DNA of 64,000 nt from an uncultured virus (IMG/VR IMGVR_UViG_3300034062_000589). Taxonomy: Duplodnaviria > Heunggongvirae > Uroviricota > Caudoviricetes. Positions 46,330-56,148 of the stretch are shown piece by piece; the first letter of the stretch is position 1; each line of letters starts with the position of its first letter. The stretch lies in IMG/VR virus record IMGVR_UViG_3300034062_000589. One strand, written 5' to 3'. Under the pieces are notes generated by a model. The model had not been told where the DNA came from and made no database searches. It saw only the letters and a list, made by a program, of their open reading frames with translations. A program made the position numbers and the translations under genes.

Positions 46330-46815
46330 TTACTTTTGCCTTACGGCGTTGTATTGGTCGTAGCACTGCTTGAGGAGGGTGCGGGCTTCGTCGGCTCTGG
46401 CAGCTTCCCCCGCAAGAAATTCTCCATCCTCTCTAGAAAGCTCTGCTCCAGTACAGGTGAGGGTGGGGCAGCTAAGGCCGGTGGAACTGGACACGGTACT
46501 GGCAACGGTGGTGGTGCGACTCGGACGGTCCCGCAAGCTGTTAGAAAGAGCAGTGGCACGAGCGTTAAGATTCCTGATCTCATTGTCTTTTTCCTCACGT
46601 AGCCGGTCAGCCTGCGTCTGAAGGCTTTGTTCTTTTGCACGGGCATCACTCAGTGCTTGAATGTGCTCACCCTGCTGCTGCAACCGTTCCTGATCCCACT
46701 GCTGCTGCACTTTTGCCATGCCCGCAGAATTACCTTTATAATACCCGCCCACGAACGACCCGGCAATCGCCAAAACGAAGGACAAGATCACCCACGGGTT
46801 CATGAAGGCCGTCAT
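46330..46815 (-). CDS. Rz: Inner-membrane spanin (Rz-like)
   Basis: N-terminal TM helix plus coiled coil, C-terminal Cys, in the lysis cassette. Confidence 0.75.
   Translation of the reverse strand: MTAFMNPWVILSFVLAIAGSFVGGYYKGNSAGMAKVQQQWDQERLQQQGEHIQALSDARAKEQSLQTQADRLREEKDNEIRNLNARATALSNSLRDRPSRTTTVASTVSSSTGLSCPTLTCTGAELSREDGEFLAGEAARADEARTLLKQCYDQYNAVRQK
46341..46583 (-). CDS. Rz1: Outer-membrane spanin lipoprotein (Rz1-like), nested in Rz
   Basis: MRSGILTLVPLLFLTAC lipobox, Pro-rich mature part, GAGGA RBS, alternate frame inside Rz. Confidence 0.75.
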   Translation of the reverse strand: MRSGILTLVPLLFLTACGTVRVAPPPLPVPCPVPPALAAPPSPVLEQSFLERMENFLRGKLPEPTKPAPSSSSATTNTTP

Positions 46816-46976
46816 TTTTGCCCCGGCACTTTTTTACCTTCGAGCTTTTTGTGGACCTTAATGGTCTTGCAGACTTCTTTCTTGGTCTTGGGGTCTTCCC
46901 GGCAGACCTTCTTCATCTCACCACCAGCAAACGCAATAAGTGGAACAAACGCAATAAGTGCAATTAGCTTTTTCAT
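46812..46976 (-). CDS. 54-aa secreted basic peptide
   Basis: MKKLIALIAFVPLIAFA signal peptide plus Lys-rich part with two Cys; GGAG RBS; not in the ORF track. Confidence 0.7.
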   Translation of the reverse strand: MKKLIALIAFVPLIAFAGGEMKKVCREDPKTKKEVCKTIKVHKKLEGKKVPGQK

Positions 46977-46978
46977 AA

Positions 46979-47398
46979 TTAAATCTCCGGTTCATGAGCA
47001 GGTGGAGGTGCTTTCTTACCATTAACGGATACCACGGGTTCGGCTACAACTTGTACCTGACGGGGGGTTACCGATGCTGTGGGGGCCACAGGGATTTCCG
47101 GGACGTTGTTGCTGGCCGTGCCGTTAAGTTTCTCCTGAGTCCTGCCCCAAGCAGCCAGACCAAGCACCGCGCCCATAGCCATATGGAACAAGCCAGCACC
47201 TTGCAGCGTCATGGGTTGCCACTGACGAAAAGCGTCGTTAGCCGCCTGAGTTTCCCAAAACTGGATTACCGCCCAGAGGATCGGAGCCAGCACGAAATCA
47301 AACACACATACACCCATGTACATCCAGCCCATAGCGGGACGCCACTTCGTGTTCATCCAGTCGTCTTTAGCCTGTTCGCTCTTTGATTTCTTTTCCAT
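46979..47398 (-). CDS. Putative holin (3TM/GTA-like)
   Basis: KWRPAMGWMY..., hydrophobic helices, GRTQEK; next to the endolysin. Confidence 0.7.
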   Translation of the reverse strand: MEKKSKSEQAKDDWMNTKWRPAMGWMYMGVCVFDFVLAPILWAVIQFWETQAANDAFRQWQPMTLQGAGLFHMAMGAVLGLAAWGRTQEKLNGTASNNVPEIPVAPTASVTPRQVQVVAEPVVSVNGKKAPPPAHEPEI

Positions 47399-47399
47399 A

Positions 47400-48026
47400 T
47401 CAGCCTCCCATTACGTGCAGCGCGTGGTTGTAGTGCTTGATCCGATCCTCCAGACCAATGTAACCACCGTTAATTCTGCGAGTCAGTTCTTTGATGTCCC
47501 CAGCGTCTGCCCACTTGTTTAGATTGTTCGTCTCCCAGAACCAGCAAGCAGACTGAGCGGCCCCCTCGAATGTACCCAGATACTCAGGCACATCGTTAAT
47601 GTCCATCTCCAGACTGTCAGCAAAGGCTTGATAATTATTTTTGCCCGTCAACTGAATCAACCCGCGCCCGCAAAATTTCCAGCCCTCACCACTAGACTCA
47701 TCACCATTACCCATACGATTGGCATAGGCTCGGTTTGCAATGGCTGCTTGTTTGTTGAGCCTTGTTGCGTAGTCATTAGCGATTGCGTCGGTGGGGAAAT
47801 ACTTAGGGAATATCTTGCGCAGTGTGGCGGCTCTGTAGTTCAGGTTCTCTTTAAGCACCATGAAGTTACCGGACTCGTGGGCACATTGAGCGACGAACGC
47901 TGCGATGCGTTGTGGGGTGTTAATGTCGTAGTCGGGGAGCAGTTGCGACAAGGCTTCGTGCCAGTCAGCCACGTACGGATTCTTTGGAAGCATTTGCTTT
48001 AGTTGCCCAAGTGTCAGCACACTCAT
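47400..48026 (-). CDS. Endolysin, glycoside hydrolase family 19
   Basis: AQCAHES, ENLNY, GRGLIQLTGKNNY, SACWFW, TRRINGG. Confidence 0.92.
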   Translation of the reverse strand: MSVLTLGQLKQMLPKNPYVADWHEALSQLLPDYDINTPQRIAAFVAQCAHESGNFMVLKENLNYRAATLRKIFPKYFPTDAIANDYATRLNKQAAIANRAYANRMGNGDESSGEGWKFCGRGLIQLTGKNNYQAFADSLEMDINDVPEYLGTFEGAAQSACWFWETNNLNKWADAGDIKELTRRINGGYIGLEDRIKHYNHALHVMGG

Positions 48027-48274
48027 TCGTTACCCCTTAGTTCCAGTAATATTTTTACCCGTAGCTCTTTCATCTTGCGGGTCTCTTCCGCCGCACGGTA
48101 CATCGCGTTGTTCATGTCCATGTACATCACACCCATAACAGGCAGAGCAATGACTAACACAAAACACAAGACCACCACGGCGACGAGTAAAGCCCACGGT
48201 ACGTCTGGCTCATTCGAAGCATTACTAGAAGCCCTGCGTACCACGCCACGACGAAAAGGATTGCTCCAACCCAT
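48023..48274 (-). CDS. Small membrane protein overlapping the upstream gene
   Basis: TM helix plus basic tail; ATGA coupling to the endolysin; start uncertain. Confidence 0.55.
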   Translation of the reverse strand: MGWSNPFRRGVVRRASSNASNEPDVPWALLVAVVVLCFVLVIALPVMGVMYMDMNNAMYRAAEETRKMKELRVKILLELRGNE

Positions 48275-48864
48275 ACCGCTTCTTCTTTCCTCTTTCTAGC
48301 CAGTCTGCGCTGCCTTGCCGCTTCGATCTGTATCTTAGCTGTCTCACGCTTATGCGCCTCGTCCTGCTCAATGATGATCTGCTTCCACATCTTTTCGTAC
48401 TTTGTCCACAGGTCGCCCAACTCGGGCGGTGCCTTGTAGACCATCATCTCGCGCAATTCTGCAACCATCGCATCCAGCCTTGACCGGATAATGACGCGCA
48501 TCAATGCACGTTTGCCTATGCTTTCTGTGCCCGTGTAGACCTGCTGCGCTTCTGCTTCCTGCTGGATAAAGACCTTACCGATCTTGTCGTACTCATCCAT
48601 TAACGCACCCAGATCATTACCAATCTGGACAAACACGTTGTTCGGGTCAGCCTTGCCAATCTCTTGGACCCGCTGCACTTCTTCGTTGTACTGAACCTTC
48701 TGCGCGTTCGTTGGGTTCTTAATCTTGCCGAACTGCGACTTCAGATCATCCAGTACTTCTTTGACTTCACCCGCTGCACCCTTGATGTCCTTGTATAGCT
48801 GGCATCCTTTTTTTACTGCCGCAACGGCAGCGTTAGCCGCAGCTAGTAGGGTGAGCGGGTCCAC
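48154..48864 (-). CDS. Coiled-coil membrane protein
   Basis: MDPLTLLAAA N-terminus, C-terminal TM helix. Confidence 0.75.
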   Translation of the reverse strand: MDPLTLLAAANAAVAAVKKGCQLYKDIKGAAGEVKEVLDDLKSQFGKIKNPTNAQKVQYNEEVQRVQEIGKADPNNVFVQIGNDLGALMDEYDKIGKVFIQQEAEAQQVYTGTESIGKRALMRVIIRSRLDAMVAELREMMVYKAPPELGDLWTKYEKMWKQIIIEQDEAHKRETAKIQIEAARQRRLARKRKEEAVWVGAILFVVAWYAGLLVMLRMSQTYRGLYSSPWWSCVLC

Positions 48865-48870
48865 ATTGGA

Positions 48871-49407
48871 TTATTCGTAAATGATATTAATTGTGCCAGA
48901 GTCGAAGGTGTCTGTACCTGTGCGCGTGACGCTGACTTGAGTTAATACGTCGCCTAATATAATAGCTCCAGCAGCATTGCCAACGCGGTCAACATTTCGA
49001 GCGTGATACACCCCAGAACAAACCCAAGTGTTACCGGTCATGTTTGTAATGACTACGTGTCCGTATAGAAGTGCCGATGCGGTGCTGGTGTACCCGCCAA
49101 GCACAAACCCCGATGTAACTTCAGTGCCGTTTGTGGTGTTAGTGGTTGTGGTAGATACTGTTGTTGCTGCGGCTACATAGCCGCTAGAAACTACGCCAGA
49201 AGACGGGCCTATTCTTACGATAACGTTATTGGTTCCAGACAACGAAAGGGCGGAAAATATTACTGTAATCCGTTTAACCCACGGCGGTATGCCCGTAAAA
49301 TCAGCAGATGTTGTAAAGTCGGTAACCGCTACTTTAGCCGTATCTCGCACAATAGCGCCAGAGTTATCTTGAACTCCATCTGTACCACTAAGAATTAACG
49401 ACATCAT
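48871..49407 (-). CDS. Tail fibre-associated protein
   Basis: FTGIPPWVKRITV...DTFDSGTINIIYE beta-sandwich. Confidence 0.7.
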   Translation of the reverse strand: MMSLILSGTDGVQDNSGAIVRDTAKVAVTDFTTSADFTGIPPWVKRITVIFSALSLSGTNNVIVRIGPSSGVVSSGYVAAATTVSTTTTNTTNGTEVTSGFVLGGYTSTASALLYGHVVITNMTGNTWVCSGVYHARNVDRVGNAAGAIILGDVLTQVSVTRTGTDTFDSGTINIIYE

Positions 49408-49412
49408 TCACC

Positions 49413-50540
49413 TCATTTAAAGAACGGGCCTACTAGCCAACACACGGCGGAGTAGCGTGTACCCTTGGTTATATCTTCAACCCCATGCAGCAAGAACGAT
49501 GGGAACACTATTACCGTGCCCTTAGCTTGCGGTGGGTAATACTTCTCGTGACCGTCCTGAATAAAGAACTTACCGCCTTCGAAGTCGTCGTTCAAAAAGG
49601 TCAGCACGGTAAGTTTTCTGCACTCTTCGTTAGGATTCAAGAACGTATCCACATGCGCCGTATAGCGCCCACCCGCCGGGTACTTCAAGAACTCGCCTTG
49701 GTTGGCATGAGTGACGTTGAACTTCCACGCACGGTTATTTGCAGCAAAGCCAGCAGCAGCCAAGCGACCACCAATGTCTTTATAGACCGGCAGCATCACG
49801 CGCTCGACATTGCGTATAGCAAGGTTTATATTTTCTGTAGCGCCCCCACCAATGAATGGCGGCAGCGTCTCGATCATTTCCTGCGTGTAGGTCTTAACGA
49901 TAATGTCGCAAGCTTCGGGCGTGAAGATGTCGGTGTAAATCCAGTGACGGAAGTTCTCAGGCTCAGGCTTAGGCAGGTTCAACTTACCGCGCTTGTCGTA
50001 GATGTGGTCTTTGTGCGGGCCGTCAGCATCGACATAGTGCAGAAACACCTGTGCTTGCCACTTCCCTTCGGTATAGACCTCGCGCCAATGATGCTTATCC
50101 ATACCCCGGTAGAGAACCGCATCGCCCACACCCATCTTGATCTCAGAGGCGTTATCCTTCTCAATGCTGTCGCCCATGTAAATAGGCCAGACATCGCCTT
50201 CAAAACCAAGTGTGACTGTTGCACTGATCTCGCAAGACTCGCGGTCAGTGTGGTTCTTCAGTTCATCGCCCGGTGCATATAGCCGAGCATAGGAATAAGT
50301 TGGGAGAAGCCGCTTGCCTGATGCTAATTCAAAGTTTGGCAGTAACTGCACCAGTAGAGAATCAAACACCTGAGCGCCATGGATGGCTTCGGACTTCGGG
50401 CACTGTACGTCTTGTGTCGTTTGCTTGGCTGCTACGAGCTTCTTCAACTCCGCCGTTAATTGGGCGCAGTTTTCCTTGTCCAGAAAGTCTGGCAAGTGGA
50501 CGTACTTTTGTACCGCGAATTGCGATAGCACATCACACAT
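49413..50540 (-). CDS. Tandem two-domain 2OG-Fe(II) oxygenase (prolyl-hydroxylase-like)
   Basis: Domain 1 HTDRESCE...HWRE; domain 2 HVD...HGV...GTRYS. Confidence 0.85.
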   Translation of the reverse strand: MCDVLSQFAVQKYVHLPDFLDKENCAQLTAELKKLVAAKQTTQDVQCPKSEAIHGAQVFDSLLVQLLPNFELASGKRLLPTYSYARLYAPGDELKNHTDRESCEISATVTLGFEGDVWPIYMGDSIEKDNASEIKMGVGDAVLYRGMDKHHWREVYTEGKWQAQVFLHYVDADGPHKDHIYDKRGKLNLPKPEPENFRHWIYTDIFTPEACDIIVKTYTQEMIETLPPFIGGGATENINLAIRNVERVMLPVYKDIGGRLAAAGFAANNRAWKFNVTHANQGEFLKYPAGGRYTAHVDTFLNPNEECRKLTVLTFLNDDFEGGKFFIQDGHEKYYPPQAKGTVIVFPSFLLHGVEDITKGTRYSAVCWLVGPFFK

Positions 50541-50557
50541 AGGGCTTCTCCTAGTTA

Positions 50558-50776
50558 TTATTCAGCTTCGGGTTCTGGCTCAGGTGGTGTTGGCATAACT
50601 TCGCAAGTGCCATTGTAGTACCACCAGACATCAGCAACGCAGTCATCCGGGCAATCAACCCAGAACAGCGGAGCCGCTACTTCAAATGCAGTTTGCTCGA
50701 CCTGAGCGATACGCTCACCAACATTGCCCTGATAATCAGTGCGCTTTTCGTTGGGAGAAATAAGTGCTTTTTTCAT
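50558..50776 (-). CDS. Small fibre-associated (chaperone-like) protein
   Basis: FEVAAPLFWVDCPDD; follows the fibre genes. Confidence 0.6.
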   Translation of the reverse strand: MKKALISPNEKRTDYQGNVGERIAQVEQTAFEVAAPLFWVDCPDDCVADVWWYYNGTCEVMPTPPEPEPEAE

Positions 50777-50789
50777 TTACGCCTCCTGA

Positions 50790-51632
50790 TTAATAAAATT
50801 CTTCAACTATGACGATGCCGGGTGTGCCATTACCCCCCGTAGCCACTGGGGCTGGCGCAGGAGGGGTCCCTGCTGTAGAAGGGGCGCCTGCCCCCGCTGC
50901 CCCTAACCCTGCGCCGGGACTAGAAGTATAAGGAACTCCTGCAACTGCGTTGGTCGCATCAAACCCATACCCTTGAGCAAAGGCTACATTTAACGCATTG
51001 ATAATCGGTCCGTTACCGGGCGTTACAGGTGTAGGAGGGTTAACATAGACTAGCTGCTGACTTGCAGGTACTGGGGATGTAAAAGCGCCTCTTGCGCCCC
51101 TTGCAGAAGTGCCCCCCTGCCCTCCAGTTACTGATACAAAAGAACTGAATGAACTTGTTCCACCCGAAGCGCCGTTAGTTCTTGTACCGAATGATGCAGG
51201 TCCTACCCCTCCTGCCCCTCCTGCTCCGGCTTCAATGGTAAATGGTGAGGTAGGTATAGACGCTGCGGGGATGTACGCAAATCCCACCTCACTGGGGCCC
51301 CCAGCACCGTTTATTGTGGCCGTACCGGGCCCACCCGGCGTTGATTGAGTCCCTCTACCGCCCGCTCCGCCGCCACCGCCGCCAATAATTGTAACTTTTA
51401 CGGCTTTTAAACCCGCAGTTTTTTTAGCCGCCGCGTCCCAAGGTGCGGGGGATGTGTACTCGTTAAGGATATAGTTACCCCCAACAGGAACCCCATTAAC
51501 CGTAGCCGTACCAGTAACCGTCAAATTCCCCGGTATCGTAACCGGCCCAGTGGATGCGATCTCAATATAGTCAGACCCGCCAACTTGTATCGCTGCGGAG
51601 CCGTCATTGTTTGCTTTGATTCCTGCGCTCAT
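50790..51632 (-). CDS. Glycine-rich tail fibre protein
   Basis: KVTIIGGGGGG...PGIVIVEEFY. Confidence 0.7.
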   Translation of the reverse strand: MSAGIKANNDGSAAIQVGGSDYIEIASTGPVTIPGNLTVTGTATVNGVPVGGNYILNEYTSPAPWDAAAKKTAGLKAVKVTIIGGGGGGAGGRGTQSTPGGPGTATINGAGGPSEVGFAYIPAASIPTSPFTIEAGAGGAGGVGPASFGTRTNGASGGTSSFSSFVSVTGGQGGTSARGARGAFTSPVPASQQLVYVNPPTPVTPGNGPIINALNVAFAQGYGFDATNAVAGVPYTSSPGAGLGAAGAGAPSTAGTPPAPAPVATGGNGTPGIVIVEEFY

Positions 51633-52411
51633 TAGTAGAACTCCTCAACGATAACAATACCGGGCGCTCCTGTGCCGCCTGCGCGAGTACCGGGTGATGC
51701 TGTGCTACGACCTGCTCCTGATCCACCCCCTCCAATGATTGTTGCGGGGTTTCCAGCAGCGTCTGTTGCACCACTACTAGGAATCGATGTAAACACCGCC
51801 GAAGAACCGCCAGCTCCACCAGCAACAGTGAAACCGGTGGGGCTGGGACTTGTGCCACTATTCCCAACAAAATTAATCTGTCCACCGCTACCTGTACCAC
51901 CTGCACCGCCTGCGGCACCACCGGGAGCAGCGTTTGAACCATTGCTACCTCCAGTAGCGGAACAAAACGGGCCAAACGAGTTAGTACCGGCACCCGCCGT
52001 AATAGCTACCGTAACAGGTCCGGGAGTAGGTGAAGTAATAGAAGGCGCTGGTATGTAATCTATAGTCGCACCGCCGCCACCTCCACCACCGGCCCCTCCG
52101 GTAACTGGTGTCGTGGCCGAACCACCATTCCCACCGCCACCCACTACGGTGACCTTAATAGCTTTTAGGTTAGCGGGTTTAGTCCATGTTGCGGGAGCTA
52201 CGTATTGCTCAAGGTTATAAACGACGCCGCCACCGGCAGTTAGATTACCCGTAACTGTAAGGTTTCCGGCCAGTGTCGCATTCTGCGAAGCATCAATACT
52301 GATCGCCGTTGTGCCTGCGCCTGTGCCGGTTTTTATATCAAGTGCGCCGGTTGCGTCTGACGAGACTTGTACCCCGTCTGTGGCGTTACCTGCTTTAATA
52401 ATAGAAGCCAT
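51632..52411 (-). CDS. Glycine-rich tail fibre protein (paralogue)
   Basis: KVTVVGGGG...PGIVIVEEFY. Confidence 0.7.
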   Translation of the reverse strand: MASIIKAGNATDGVQVSSDATGALDIKTGTGAGTTAISIDASQNATLAGNLTVTGNLTAGGGVVYNLEQYVAPATWTKPANLKAIKVTVVGGGGNGGSATTPVTGGAGGGGGGGATIDYIPAPSITSPTPGPVTVAITAGAGTNSFGPFCSATGGSNGSNAAPGGAAGGAGGTGSGGQINFVGNSGTSPSPTGFTVAGGAGGSSAVFTSIPSSGATDAAGNPATIIGGGGSGAGRSTASPGTRAGGTGAPGIVIVEEFY

Positions 52412-52420
52412 GTGTACCTC

Positions 52421-53629
52421 TTAGAGAACAACCAGCCTTGAGCCGGAGGAAACTGTTACCGCAACTGCGGAGCTAATTATTGCAGACGGCGTTAACTGTG
52501 ATGCACTTACCGTATAAGTCCCCGCGCCACCATTGCCTGTGCCAAACGCCGTAACCGTAGTACCCACAGTTACACCCACACCGGACAGAACTGTACCTAT
52601 ATAGATAATGCCAGAAGTTATGGTGGTGATTGTTGTCGAAGTCACCGTTTGCGCAATATTGACCTCGTACGTACCTGTGTCACCGGGGGTTCCCGTTAAC
52701 TGTGAAATTATCTTCGTGCTTGGCTGCACGTTAGCGCCGTTAATATACTGCCCAATCCCGATGGTGCCTGACCCTAGTACGGTGACCGTCATAACATTGC
52801 CGGAGATAGAAGCCGTAAACGAAGACTCCGGGTCTACCGTTAAAACAGTACCCGCTAAGATACCGCCATTGTTAATAGCACCAACAAAGCTAACCGAGTC
52901 AATCGTCATCGGCCCTGTCGTGCTCGCATACTTATTTGTGGGGATGGTGTAGCTGGCGGTTACCGATTGGTCGTTCTCGTAAAAAACCTGATTGCCCGAG
53001 CTACCTGTTGCACCGCCACCAATCGAACTCCACGAAGACGTATTAGTGTCGAAGCCTTCGTATTGACCAAAAGTCGTGTTGTAGCGAATACCTACACCCG
53101 CACGTTGACCGGTATTTCCAGAAGGTACCTTCAGACTGCCAGTGCCGTTAAACTCACCATTACCGCCAAACGCTGCATTGCCAGTTACAGACAAACTGTT
53201 GTTAATTCGATTAACGCCGTCCGCGATGTTGTTGCCGTCGCTGTAGAGGAACGCCGTAAAACCTGTCGGGATTGTGACTGTCGTGCCGCCGGTTGGTGTT
53301 GTGCCATTAGCCAGCGTAGATACAGAAATTGTCGCTGTCTGGCCCGTATTATTCCTGATGATGTAAAGCTTGTCCGTTGGCGGTACAAACAGGGTAAACG
53401 CACCTACCGGGGTACCACCCAAAATTAATGCCGCCTGCCTAGCCTGATCGGTTACGCCATCTAATGCAAGAAGGGCTTGATTACCAGCAACCGTTACCGA
53501 CGTGACGCCCGTAATTGCTTCAGTAAGCAACGTCGCCAAGTTGTAGTTAGTGGTGTTACCCCACACGCCCGCCTGATCGCCTGTGCCGATCTCTGCAATT
53601 CGCAGGTTATTGTTGTACGTGGTTGCCAT
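52421..53629 (-). CDS. Tail fibre protein
   Basis: [12 protein letters not shown]-terminus, IRYNTT..QYEG, Thr/Gly-rich beta domains. Confidence 0.7.
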   Translation of the reverse strand: MATTYNNNLRIAEIGTGDQAGVWGNTTNYNLATLLTEAITGVTSVTVAGNQALLALDGVTDQARQAALILGGTPVGAFTLFVPPTDKLYIIRNNTGQTATISVSTLANGTTPTGGTTVTIPTGFTAFLYSDGNNIADGVNRINNSLSVTGNAAFGGNGEFNGTGSLKVPSGNTGQRAGVGIRYNTTFGQYEGFDTNTSSWSSIGGGATGSSGNQVFYENDQSVTASYTIPTNKYASTTGPMTIDSVSFVGAINNGGILAGTVLTVDPESSFTASISGNVMTVTVLGSGTIGIGQYINGANVQPSTKIISQLTGTPGDTGTYEVNIAQTVTSTTITTITSGIIYIGTVLSGVGVTVGTTVTAFGTGNGGAGTYTVSASQLTPSAIISSAVAVTVSSGSRLVVL

Positions 53630-53638
53630 GTTTTTTCC

Positions 53639-54133
53639 TTAAACAACTACCCAGCGAGAGCCATCCGCCACTGTTACCGTTATACCATCGGCTACAGTTA
53701 TTATCCCAGCACTCATACCGTTGTACCCAGAAGCTACTGTTGTATTAACCGTAATATTCTTTGAGTTCAAATAAATACCCGCCGTACCAGCACCCGCATA
53801 AACTGCCTGCCCCTCATCCTCATACACGGACTTACTGGCTGGGTAGGTGACAAATACGTCTTTCGTACCGGCAGAAAAGGTAGTCTTGGTTGGGGCGCCT
53901 GCACTTGACGCCAGCACTATGTCTCTAGATAAGAGCGTACCTGATGCTGTGTACGTCCCAATCCCAACTTCCCACTGGCTAGTTCCTTGCCCAGCAATAG
54001 TGTAGTAGGTAGTATTGCCATTGCCAATAGCAGCAAAAGTCTGAAACCCCGTTACTGCCCCGGCGAGCGTAATCGTCCCTGTGCCAACGGTTGTGGTGGT
54101 TTCTCTTACCCTGTCTGCGACTACAAGTGGCAT
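53639..54133 (-). CDS. Tail/fibre structural protein
   Basis: ADRVRETTTTVGTG...WEVGIGTY...KDVFVTYPA. Confidence 0.7.
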   Translation of the reverse strand: MPLVVADRVRETTTTVGTGTITLAGAVTGFQTFAAIGNGNTTYYTIAGQGTSQWEVGIGTYTASGTLLSRDIVLASSAGAPTKTTFSAGTKDVFVTYPASKSVYEDEGQAVYAGAGTAGIYLNSKNITVNTTVASGYNGMSAGIITVADGITVTVADGSRWVVV

Positions 54134-54136
54134 CGT

Positions 54137-55099
54137 TTACACCGTATTAATTTTGTTCCAATTGGTTCCGGGGTCGGTATCAATGTCATCCCACCCAGTA
54201 CTACCTGAAGTACTCATATTTTGCCAAGTACCGGTAGCGTTGCCACTAATAGCGGTCCAACTAACCGGAGTGTTACTGTTAATATTTTGCCAATTAGCAT
54301 CTTCGTCATTATAGATAGTGAACCAACCTCGAACGACGTTGCTATCCAACACTACAAAATTCTCACTTAACCGCACAGCAAACTGTGCCGCTACCGCTCG
54401 TACATCATTTACCGTTACATTCTCTGACATATCAAAGAACAAATTTAGCACCGCAGTTCGAGTGTCGTCTACTGTTACCGCTTCTGTGACGTTGTCAAAA
54501 AACGCCAGCCCGATAATATCTTCATCATCAATTATTGAGTCTTCTATAATCGATACCGCAAACTGCGCTGCTATGCTTCTCGCATCATCAGCAGTCAAAC
54601 TCTCCGCAATACTTACCAAAAACTGAGCGGTTACGACCCTAACGTCGTCTAAATTGCTGTTCTCTACAATTGACTGCAAAAACGTAGACGCCTGAGTACT
54701 TGTATCTGCCAGCGTTGAGTTTTCTGTCTGGCTTGCGGCAAAGTCCGCCACTACCGCTCTTACGTCATTTAACGTACTGCTTTCCGTACGGCTTACTGTA
54801 AACCCTGCGCTTCCTACCAACACATCATTCAACGTAGAATTTTCTGCGAGGCTCTGTAAAAACGCTGAAGTCTGCGTACTGCTATCGCCTAACGTACTAT
54901 TCTCAGACAATGACTGCAAAAACGCCGATGTCTGAGTACTTGCATCTGCTAACGTCAGAGGCTCTGCCCTACTAACTGCAAACTGTGCTGCTATTACCTG
55001 CGTATCTGCGACGCCTACATTTTCAGTAACCGAGTCTGCAAAAAACGCCCCCGCTGTAGAAGAGAAGGGCGCTCCTGAGAACGTCGTTAAACCAAACAT
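54137..55099 (-). CDS. Repeat-rich virion fibre-like protein
   Basis: MFG...FSGAPFS start; ~19-aa repeats S..ENS.L.D; C-terminal W..I repeats. Confidence 0.65.
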   Translation of the reverse strand: MFGLTTFSGAPFSSTAGAFFADSVTENVGVADTQVIAAQFAVSRAEPLTLADASTQTSAFLQSLSENSTLGDSSTQTSAFLQSLAENSTLNDVLVGSAGFTVSRTESSTLNDVRAVVADFAASQTENSTLADTSTQASTFLQSIVENSNLDDVRVVTAQFLVSIAESLTADDARSIAAQFAVSIIEDSIIDDEDIIGLAFFDNVTEAVTVDDTRTAVLNLFFDMSENVTVNDVRAVAAQFAVRLSENFVVLDSNVVRGWFTIYNDEDANWQNINSNTPVSWTAISGNATGTWQNMSTSGSTGWDDIDTDPGTNWNKINTV

Positions 55100-55704
55100 T
55101 ACGAAGTTGCTGTTGTGCTGTAAGTCACGCTAACGGTATCTCCTGATGTTGTTGTCTTGGCCGTAGCGAAGTTGCCCGCAGAGTACAAAGTACCCGCTGT
55201 GCTCAATTGTGTACTTACTGCGCCTGTACCGGTCGCTATGAAACAACCTGCAACCACGCCACCTGCACCGGTAATGGTGTAGATAATCGACGAAGCAGCC
55301 GCTGTGGTAACGTTAGACGGGGTAGAACCAGTAGATGACGCAGCAGAAAACACGGCTGTACCCCGCACCGCTAAACCACCTACTGTATAGTTAGTGAACT
55401 CGTTTGCGGTCGTGAACGACATCGTATCTGTAGCCGCAGCGGTATAGCCCGACTTTATCAACCCAAGAAACGGCCCCACGGTTGTGTAAGTGCCAGATGT
55501 GCGTAGTAGCGTATCAAACATCAACTGCTTACCCACCGCCATGACCAGATTGGGGAACTCATCTTCCCACTTAATATTGCCATCTTTATCGCGGCAGACT
55601 ACGTGATACCAACCCTCAACGCCTACGCCTTCAGGGATAACATGGCCTTTTGCTTGCATCGTGACTACGGCGCTATCCCCGCAGCTTCCAAGTTCTTTGT
55701 GCAT
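55099..55704 (-). CDS. Virion structural protein
   Basis: Thr/Gly-rich; KWEDEFPNLV...GTLYSAG.F. Confidence 0.65.
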   Translation of the reverse strand: MHKELGSCGDSAVVTMQAKGHVIPEGVGVEGWYHVVCRDKDGNIKWEDEFPNLVMAVGKQLMFDTLLRTSGTYTTVGPFLGLIKSGYTAAATDTMSFTTANEFTNYTVGGLAVRGTAVFSAASSTGSTPSNVTTAAASSIIYTITGAGGVVAGCFIATGTGAVSTQLSTAGTLYSAGNFATAKTTTSGDTVSVTYSTTATS

Positions 55705-55713
55705 ATTAACCTC

Positions 55714-56148
55714 TTAAGGAAAACGAATTAGTGCCGTCGTAGCGGAATTAACCGGCATAACAACGGTGTTACTTACTGATGAAAATGTTTTGTCTGAACC
55801 AAAGTCCAGCACGGCTACCGACTTGTTACTACGAGTGACGTTGTAGATCAATGCGCCACGCGCCGTAAAGTTAGCACCGGGCCATGACACGTCGTTAAAG
55901 TCCACATACACCGTTCCGGCGTTTGGCCCCGTGGTTTCTGTGCTGATAGTCGCGCCGGTTACTGCCACTCCACCCGCTACATAGCCTGTACCCACCACTT
56001 CGTTCGCCGTTGTGTACACCGTGGTAAGTGAACCAATATCAGAGAGAGCCGTGTACAACGCCATCCGCAACGTGTCGGTTGCCAAGTTTTGCCCCGCTTG
56101 GAGCATCTCTTGTTTGAAGCTGTTTGTGAGTCCTTGTTGGATTGGCAT
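55714..56148 (-). CDS. Virion structural protein
   Basis: SFKQEML...TARGALIYN...VLDFGSDK. Confidence 0.7.
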   Translation of the reverse strand: MPIQQGLTNSFKQEMLQAGQNLATDTLRMALYTALSDIGSLTTVYTTANEVVGTGYVAGGVAVTGATISTETTGPNAGTVYVDFNDVSWPGANFTARGALIYNVTRSNKSVAVLDFGSDKTFSSVSNTVVMPVNSATTALIRFP

